Source of the DNA: a virus
Length of the DNA stretch: 11,612 nt
Reading direction: 5' to 3' (one strand)
Virus genome (UHGV): UHGV-1584301
A program made the translations under genes and the position numbers. The notes under the pieces are model-generated. The model saw nothing but the letters and a program-made list of their open reading frames with translations. It had not been told where the DNA came from and ran no database searches. Within the stretch, counting starts at the first letter, position 1, and each line of letters opens with the position of its first letter. Positions 6,665-11,612 of this stretch are shown one piece after another.

Positions 6665-7918
6665 ATGGCTAACCAATTAGCAAAAGACCTTGAAATCATG
6701 TTCGAAAACTACGTTGAAGGCTTTGAGGCCGCCTGCGTAGTTTCCCGTAACGCTAAAAAATTCCGTCCCGGTGATACAGCAATGCAGCGAGCAGGTGATG
6801 TTCTGTATCGTCCGCAGCATTACCACATGAACATTGAGGAAGGCCTCGATCTCAGCAGCAAAACGCCAACAGCACTGGTTCAGCGCCTTGTTCCTTCTGT
6901 GTTCAAGGAGCCGAAAAACATTCTGTACACTCTGGATGCGCGTGAAATGCGTGACCCGGAACATAAAACTGAAGCTGGTCGAGCCGCAGGTATGCGCCTT
7001 GCTGCACAGATTGACTCTGACCTGATTTCCATGGTCACGCAGCGTGCTACTAACGTGATCACGATGGCTGACTCAACCACAGGTTCACAGGGCCGTGATT
7101 TGTGGAACTGTGCGGCAGGTATTGATGCCACCATGACGGCGATTGGTGTACCTCAGGGTATCAACCGTCGCTCTTTCTGGAACCCCTTCAACTACAAAGA
7201 CCTTGCTGGCGAGCTTGGTCACCGTGCCTATGCTCAGGGCGCAACCCTGACAGCATACGAAAAAGCGCAGATCCCTCCGGTTGCGTCCTTCGATAGCTAC
7301 AAGACCGATATTTCTGGTCGTGTTCCGAAGGGTACAGCAACTTCCATTACGCTGGCAGCAGCACCTGCGCACAAGGTTGAAGCGAAAGATGCTAACGATA
7401 TGCCAGTTGATAACCGACAGGGGACTATTACGGTATCTGCATCTGGCTTGCAGGTTGGTGATGCGTTCACCATTGCCGGTGTGAATTCCGTACACCAGAT
7501 CACCAAAGATACCACCGGGCAGCCGCAGGTATTCCGCGTTCTGGCAGTTAGCGGAACGACAGTAACTATCTCCCCGAAAATTCTGCCGCCTGACAACGCG
7601 GATGTCGCCAGCCGTCCATATGCAAACGTTGATGCTAATGCGGCAAGTAGCGCAGCAATCACCATTCTCAACAAAAATGCCGCACCGGCTAACCTGTTCT
7701 GGGCTGATGGTTCTGTTGAACTGATGTACGGCAAACTGGCGTTCCCAACTGGTCAGGGTCCACAGGTAATGACAGCAACCACCGAGCAGGGCGCTACGCT
7801 GATCATGTCTTACGCCTTCGACCACATCAAAGGCGTAACCACTGCGCGTTTCACCACTCTGTACGGTTGCTCTGTACTGGTTCCTGAATATACGGGCATC
7901 GTTATTGCCGGGCAGTAA
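6665..7918 (+). CDS. Major capsid (coat) protein, P22 gp5-like
   Basis: 417 aa. Segments AKKFRPGDTAMQRAGDVLYRP and RPYANVDANAASSAAITILNKNAAPANLFWADGSVELM parallel P22 coat segments as I remember them (AKKYTPPAASMQRS... and [33 protein letters not shown]...). GGAG RBS at about 6656-6659; followed by a strong terminator. Confidence 0.9.
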   Translation: MANQLAKDLEIMFENYVEGFEAACVVSRNAKKFRPGDTAMQRAGDVLYRPQHYHMNIEEGLDLSSKTPTALVQRLVPSVFKEPKNILYTLDAREMRDPEHKTEAGRAAGMRLAAQIDSDLISMVTQRATNVITMADSTTGSQGRDLWNCAAGIDATMTAIGVPQGINRRSFWNPFNYKDLAGELGHRAYAQGATLTAYEKAQIPPVASFDSYKTDISGRVPKGTATSITLAAAPAHKVEAKDANDMPVDNRQGTITVSASGLQVGDAFTIAGVNSVHQITKDTTGQPQVFRVLAVSGTTVTISPKILPPDNADVASRPYANVDANAASSAAITILNKNAAPANLFWADGSVELMYGKLAFPTGQGPQVMTATTEQGATLIMSYAFDHIKGVTTARFTTLYGCSVLVPEYTGIVIAGQ

Positions 7919-7924
7919 TTTTGG

Positions 7925-7948
7925 TGGGGCTTCGGCCCCATTTTTATT
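7925..7948 (+). terminator. Rho-independent terminator immediately after the coat gene
   Basis: TGGGGC (7925-7930), TTCG tetraloop, GCCCCA (7935-7940), then TTTTTATT. Begins 7 nt after the coat stop codon. Confidence 0.7.
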
Positions 7949-7959
7949 GGGAGAAGACA

Positions 7960-8148
7960 ATGGCACGAACAATGCTCTATAAGCCTGGCAACATGATCAC
8001 CTGTGGTCAGTTTGCTGTCGATTACATCATTGTTGATGACGAAGAAGTTAAATCTCACCTGAAAAAAGGTTGGGTAAAAACTCCTGAAGAAACCGCAACG
8101 AAGCAAAAAGTGGCTAAGGCGGAAGAAGATGGCGAAAACGAAGGGTGA
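7960..8148 (+). CDS. Small hypothetical protein (62 aa) between the coat and gp4-like genes
   Basis: ATG at 7960 preceded by GGGAGAAG at about 7949-7956. The ORF track's upstream extension to 7921 would run through the terminator hairpin, so I reject it. The 3' end overlaps the gp4-like start by 20 nt. Position is consistent with a small gene between coat and gp4 homologue in Sf6-like genomes (from memory). Confidence 0.5.
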   Translation: MARTMLYKPGNMITCGQFAVDYIIVDDEEVKSHLKKGWVKTPEETATKQKVAKAEEDGENEG

Positions 8149-8590
8149 TCTCGTTCTAAAGGCTTTACGAAAAGCTGGGCTGTATTCCAATGCCACGTTG
8201 ACAGATGCTGACCCTCAGGCAATTGAAGATGCCATTAATGACCTCGAAGACATGATGGCAGCATGGCAGGCGAAAGGTATCGAGCTTGGATATCAGTTTG
8301 CGGATACAGAAAACGGCATCATGCCGTTACCTGACGATGATTCAGGTATCCCTGCATGGGCAAATGATGGCGTGGCTTTGAAGCTCGCTGTGCAAGTGTG
8401 CATGGATAACGTCATTCAGCCGTCAGACGCTCTCCTGACCGCTGCTGACAGTGCATATCAGACAATCTGTATCGCTTTAACCAAAATACCACCACTTGAG
8501 CGGCGAAATGACATGCCTCGCGGTAGTGGTAACAAAAGCGTGTTTACGTGGAATCGGTTTTACATCGAGAAAGATGATCCGAGTACGTGA
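8129..8590 (+). CDS. Head completion / tail adaptor protein (P22 gp4-like)
   Basis: N-terminus MAKTKGDLVLKALRKAGLYSNATLTDADPQAIEDAINDLEDMMAAW closely parallels P22 gp4 as I remember it ([47 protein letters not shown]). 153 aa, in the expected position after the coat gene. Confidence 0.85.
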   Translation: MAKTKGDLVLKALRKAGLYSNATLTDADPQAIEDAINDLEDMMAAWQAKGIELGYQFADTENGIMPLPDDDSGIPAWANDGVALKLAVQVCMDNVIQPSDALLTAADSAYQTICIALTKIPPLERRNDMPRGSGNKSVFTWNRFYIEKDDPST

Positions 8591-8599
8591 GGTGAATAA

Positions 8600-10018
8600 A
8601 TGCCGATTCAGCAACTTCCGCTTATGAAAGGTGTCGGCAAAGACTTCCGAAACGCCGACTATATCGACTATCTGCCAGTGAATATGTTGGCTACACCCAA
8701 AGAAATCCTCAACAGCAGCGGATATCTTCGCTCATTCCCGGGCATTGCCAAACGTTCTGATGTGAACGGTGTATCTCGAGGCGTCGAGTACAACATGGCG
8801 CAGAATGCTGTCTATCGTGTGTGTGGCGGCAAGCTCTACAAAGGCGAAAGCGAAGTCGGTGATGTTGCCGGAAGTGGTCGCGTATCAATGGCGCATGGTC
8901 GGACATCACAGGCGGTAGGCGTTAATGGTCAACTGGTCGAGTATCGCTATGATGGCACGGTTAAAACCGTCTCAAACTGGCCTAAAGACAGCGGATTCAC
9001 GCAGTATGAGTTAGGCTCAGTACGCGACATTACGCGCTTGCGTGGGCGTTATGCGTGGTCAAAAGACGGCACTGATTCATGGTTTATCACTGACCCTGAA
9101 GACGAATCTCATCCTGACCGCTACAGCGCACAATATCGCGCAGAGTCTCAGCCTGACGGAATCATCGGCATCGGAACATGGCGAGACTTCATCGTCTGCT
9201 TTGGTTCATCGACGATTGAATATTTCTCCCTGACTGGTGCAACCACCGTTGGTGCTGCTTTGTATGTCGCCCAGCCATCGCTGATGGTGCAAAAAGGAAT
9301 AGCCGGAACCTACTGCAAAACGCCGTTTGCTGATTCTTATGCGTTCATCAGCAATCCTGCAACAGGTGCGCCGTCTGTGTACATCATCGGCTCCGGTCAG
9401 GTGTCACCAATCGCCAGCGCGAGCATTGAGAAAATCCTCCGCTCCTACACTGCTGATGAACTGGCTGATGGTGTGATGGAGTCTCTGCGATTTGATGCGC
9501 ATGAGCTGCTGATTATCCATCTTCCGCGCCATGTTCTGGTGTACGACGCATCTTCAAGCTCCAATGGTCCGCAATGGTGTGTACTGAAAACAGGCCTGTA
9601 TGACGATGTGTACCGCGCTATCGACTTCATTTACGAAGGCAATCAGATAACGTGCGGCGATAAGCTGGAATCCGTGACCGGGAAATTGCAGTTCGATATC
9701 AGCAGCCAGTACGACAAACAGCAGGAACACCTGCTGTTTACTCCGTTGTTCAAAGCAGATAATGCCAGATGCTTTGATCTTGAGGTTGAATCGTCAACTG
9801 GAGTTGCGCAGTATGCTGACCGCCTGTTCCTCTCTGCAACTACTGACGGCATCAATTACGGGCGTGAGCAGATGATTGAGCAGAATGAACCGTTCGTTTA
9901 CGACAAACGCGTTTTGTGGAAGCGAGTAGGGCGCATCAGGAAAAATGTCGGCTTCAAATTGCGCGTTATCACGAAGTCACCTGTCACTCTGTCTGGCTGC
10001 CAGATAAGGATCGAGTAA
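8600..10018 (+). CDS. Tail hub protein (P22 gp10-like)
   Basis: 472 aa, the same length as P22 gp10 from memory. N-terminus [49 protein letters not shown] matches my recollection of gp10. RBS GAGGTGA upstream; synteny gp4-gp10-needle. Confidence 0.85.
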   Translation: MPIQQLPLMKGVGKDFRNADYIDYLPVNMLATPKEILNSSGYLRSFPGIAKRSDVNGVSRGVEYNMAQNAVYRVCGGKLYKGESEVGDVAGSGRVSMAHGRTSQAVGVNGQLVEYRYDGTVKTVSNWPKDSGFTQYELGSVRDITRLRGRYAWSKDGTDSWFITDPEDESHPDRYSAQYRAESQPDGIIGIGTWRDFIVCFGSSTIEYFSLTGATTVGAALYVAQPSLMVQKGIAGTYCKTPFADSYAFISNPATGAPSVYIIGSGQVSPIASASIEKILRSYTADELADGVMESLRFDAHELLIIHLPRHVLVYDASSSSNGPQWCVLKTGLYDDVYRAIDFIYEGNQITCGDKLESVTGKLQFDISSQYDKQQEHLLFTPLFKADNARCFDLEVESSTGVAQYADRLFLSATTDGINYGREQMIEQNEPFVYDKRVLWKRVGRIRKNVGFKLRVITKSPVTLSGCQIRIE

Positions 10019-10866
10019 TGGCTGATTCGAATCTCAACACCCCTGTTATTGTGCAGGCGACGCGGCTCGATACATCAATCCTTCCACGCAATATATTCAG
10101 CCAGTCTTACCTACTATATGTCATAAATCAGGGAGCTGATGTCGGCGCAATTGCCGGGAAAGCAAATCAGGCTGGTCAGGGCGCTTACGATGCTCAGGTG
10201 AAAAACGATGAACAGGATGTGATTCTCGCTGACCATGAGCAGCGAATTTCTGCTGCGGAAGCAACGCTTGTTAATCATGAGGAGCGAATCAGCCAGGCAG
10301 AATCAACTCTTCAGGAACATGAAACACGAATAGCTCAGAATGAAAGCGATATTGCCTCGCTTGATACCAGAGTTCAGTCGCTGGAATCGCAGGTTTCAGA
10401 CCATGAAACGCGCATCGATGCTCTGGAGTATGCCACTACTCGCAAAAAGTCAGAGGTTGTTTACTCTGGCGTATCTGTAACCATCCCGACAGCGCCGACC
10501 AACCTTGTTAGCCTGCTGAAAACGCTCACTCCGTCATCCGGCACGTTGGCACCGTTCTTCGACACCGTTAACAACAAGATGGTTGTGTTCAACGAGAACA
10601 AAACCTTGTTCTTCAAGCTGTCGATCGTCGGGACGTGGCCCAGTGGAACCGCAAACAGGTCAATGCAGCTAACCTTTTCCGGCTCTGTTCCTGACACGTT
10701 GGTCAGCAGTCGTAATGCGGCGACAACAACCGACAACATCCTGTTAGCTACGTTCTTCAGCGTGGATAAAGACGGCTTTCTTGCCACAAATGGAAGCACG
10801 TTAACCATTCAGTCAAATGGTGCGGCGTTTACTGCCACAACCATCAAAATCATTGCGGAGCAGTGA
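10018..10866 (+). CDS. Tail needle (P22 gp26-like N-terminus and coiled coil) with a C-terminal knob-type domain
   Basis: ATG at 10018 overlaps the gp10-like stop (TAATG). N-terminus [68 protein letters not shown] resembles P22 gp26. A 14-residue periodic coiled coil follows, then a beta-rich S/T/N-rich C-terminal region of about 110 aa. Total 282 aa, the length I recall for the Sf6 knob-bearing needle. The ORF-track start at 9916 is an in-frame extension inside the gp10-like gene. Confidence 0.85.
   Translation: MADSNLNTPVIVQATRLDTSILPRNIFSQSYLLYVINQGADVGAIAGKANQAGQGAYDAQVKNDEQDVILADHEQRISAAEATLVNHEERISQAESTLQEHETRIAQNESDIASLDTRVQSLESQVSDHETRIDALEYATTRKKSEVVYSGVSVTIPTAPTNLVSLLKTLTPSSGTLAPFFDTVNNKMVVFNENKTLFFKLSIVGTWPSGTANRSMQLTFSGSVPDTLVSSRNAATTTDNILLATFFSVDKDGFLATNGSTLTIQSNGAAFTATTIKIIAEQ
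10234..10443 (+). repeat. Five imperfect tandem 42-bp units (14-codon periodicity) inside the tail-needle gene
   Basis: CATGA(G/A) recurs at 10234, 10276, 10318 and 10402, each a multiple of 42 bp apart. Encoded units are [14 protein letters not shown] / [14 protein letters not shown] / [14 protein letters not shown] / [14 protein letters not shown] / [14 protein letters not shown], consistent with a heptad-based trimeric coiled coil. Confidence 0.55.
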
Positions 10867-11345
10867 TGGAAATAAAGCTCATCGATAATCCGGTGAAGCT
10901 TGCAGAATTCCTCAACAACCCGGCAAACACGGGAAATATCGTAGACAGTGGAGATAAATACTACATCAAGCCTGATGCGGTATATCTCGGCATCTACGAA
11001 GGATTAGTGCTGGCTGGCGTTCATGAAGTGCGTAACTTCTGGCATAGCGTTGTTGAATGTCATGCGGTGTACGACCACGGATTCCGTGGTGAATATGCAC
11101 TGCAAGGGCATCGATTATTCTGCAAATGGCTTCTCGAAAACTCACCATTCCTTAACAGCATCACCATGGTTCCTGACACAACGAAATACGGACGGGCAAT
11201 TATCCGTTTGCTTGGCGCTACCCGTGTTGGTCACCTTGATGATGCTTATACCAGCAATGGAAAGCCTGTGGGCATCACGATTTATCAGTTACCGCGCTCA
11301 AAATACGAGGAGCTAACGAATGTTAATTTTCCAGATTGCCAATAA
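10866..11345 (+). CDS. P22 gp14-like protein (assigned by synteny)
   Basis: ATG at 10866 overlaps the needle stop (TGATG); GGAG at 10857-10860. 159 aa. Sits after the tail needle as gene 14 does in P22. I do not remember the P22 gp14 sequence, so this rests on position only. Confidence 0.6.
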   Translation: MEIKLIDNPVKLAEFLNNPANTGNIVDSGDKYYIKPDAVYLGIYEGLVLAGVHEVRNFWHSVVECHAVYDHGFRGEYALQGHRLFCKWLLENSPFLNSITMVPDTTKYGRAIIRLLGATRVGHLDDAYTSNGKPVGITIYQLPRSKYEELTNVNFPDCQ

Positions 11346-11612
11346 GCACCTCAGCAAAGCTGTTTACTGCAAAGGTGGCAGTGATGGCGGTTCAAAGGCA
11401 CAGGCACGCGCAACTGAAAAGGGCATCGAATTGCAGCGTGAAATGTGGCAGACGAACATGCAAAACCTTGCACCGTTCACGCCACTCGCTCAACAGTACG
11501 TATCAGAGTTGCAGAATCTTTCCTCTCTTCAGGGGCAAGGTCAGGCGCTTAACCAGTATTACAACTCCCAGCAGTACAAAGACCTTGCAGGTCAGGCTCG
11601 CTATCAGAGTCT
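11320..11612 (+). CDS. Ejection (internal) protein, P22 gp7-like, 3'-truncated by the window end
   Basis: ATG at 11320 preceded by GAGGAG (11306-11311). Open frame to the window end (MLIFQIANKHLSKAVYCKGGSDGGSKAQARATEKGIELQREMWQ...). Absent from the ORF track because no stop is reached. Overlaps the gp14-like 3' end by 26 nt. Assigned by synteny only. Confidence 0.55.
   Translation, partial: MLIFQIANKHLSKAVYCKGGSDGGSKAQARATEKGIELQREMWQTNMQNLAPFTPLAQQYVSELQNLSSLQGQGQALNQYYNSQQYKDLAGQARYQS

Noticed and set aside
5915-6699. ORFs overlapping the scaffold gene on both strands (5784..5993, 5915..6247, 6114..6452, 6301..6699)
   Set aside because: Low-complexity L/S/R-rich products generated by the repetitive scaffold coding sequence; no start signals.
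7921-7959. Upstream extension of the small post-coat ORF
   Set aside because: The extension runs through the terminator hairpin and starts at a non-ATG codon. The ATG at 7960 has a strong RBS.
7085-7972. 295-aa reverse-strand ORF spanning most of the coat gene, plus other coat-internal ORFs
   Set aside because: Antisense to the best-supported gene in the window. Its start would sit inside the coat terminator hairpin. The product is Cys/Arg-rich, typical of noise.
9916-10017. Upstream in-frame extension of the tail-needle ORF
   Set aside because: The extension lies inside the gp10-like gene. The ATG at 10018 reproduces the conserved MADSNLN... needle N-terminus and is coupled to the gp10-like stop.
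1-11612. CRISPR arrays, tRNA or rRNA genes, integrase, attachment sites, transposase or IS elements
   Set aside because: No spaced direct repeats, no cloverleaf-like tRNA candidates and no recombinase-like ORFs were noticed. The window is filled by phage late genes plus the accessory region.

Overview
This window reads as the late (virion morphogenesis) region of a P22-like short-tailed phage or prophage, preceded by a low-GC accessory region. Positions 1-1520 are visibly AT-rich and hold a 5'-truncated KilA-N-type ORF, a 68-aa ORF, hairpin terminators and one reverse-strand ORF of unknown function (924..1502) that abuts the terminase start. From 1523 onward, all on the + strand and tightly packed: small terminase, large terminase, portal, scaffold, coat, a small ORF, gp4-like adaptor, gp10-like tail hub, a knob-bearing tail needle, a gp14-like protein and the start of a gp7-like ejection protein. 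No tRNA, rRNA, CRISPR array, integrase or transposase is visible. Protein identities come from motif reading and from my recollection of P22/Sf6 proteins; no database search was run. The most interesting candidate for something undescribed is the antisense AT-rich moron at 924..1502, which I cannot assign to any family.
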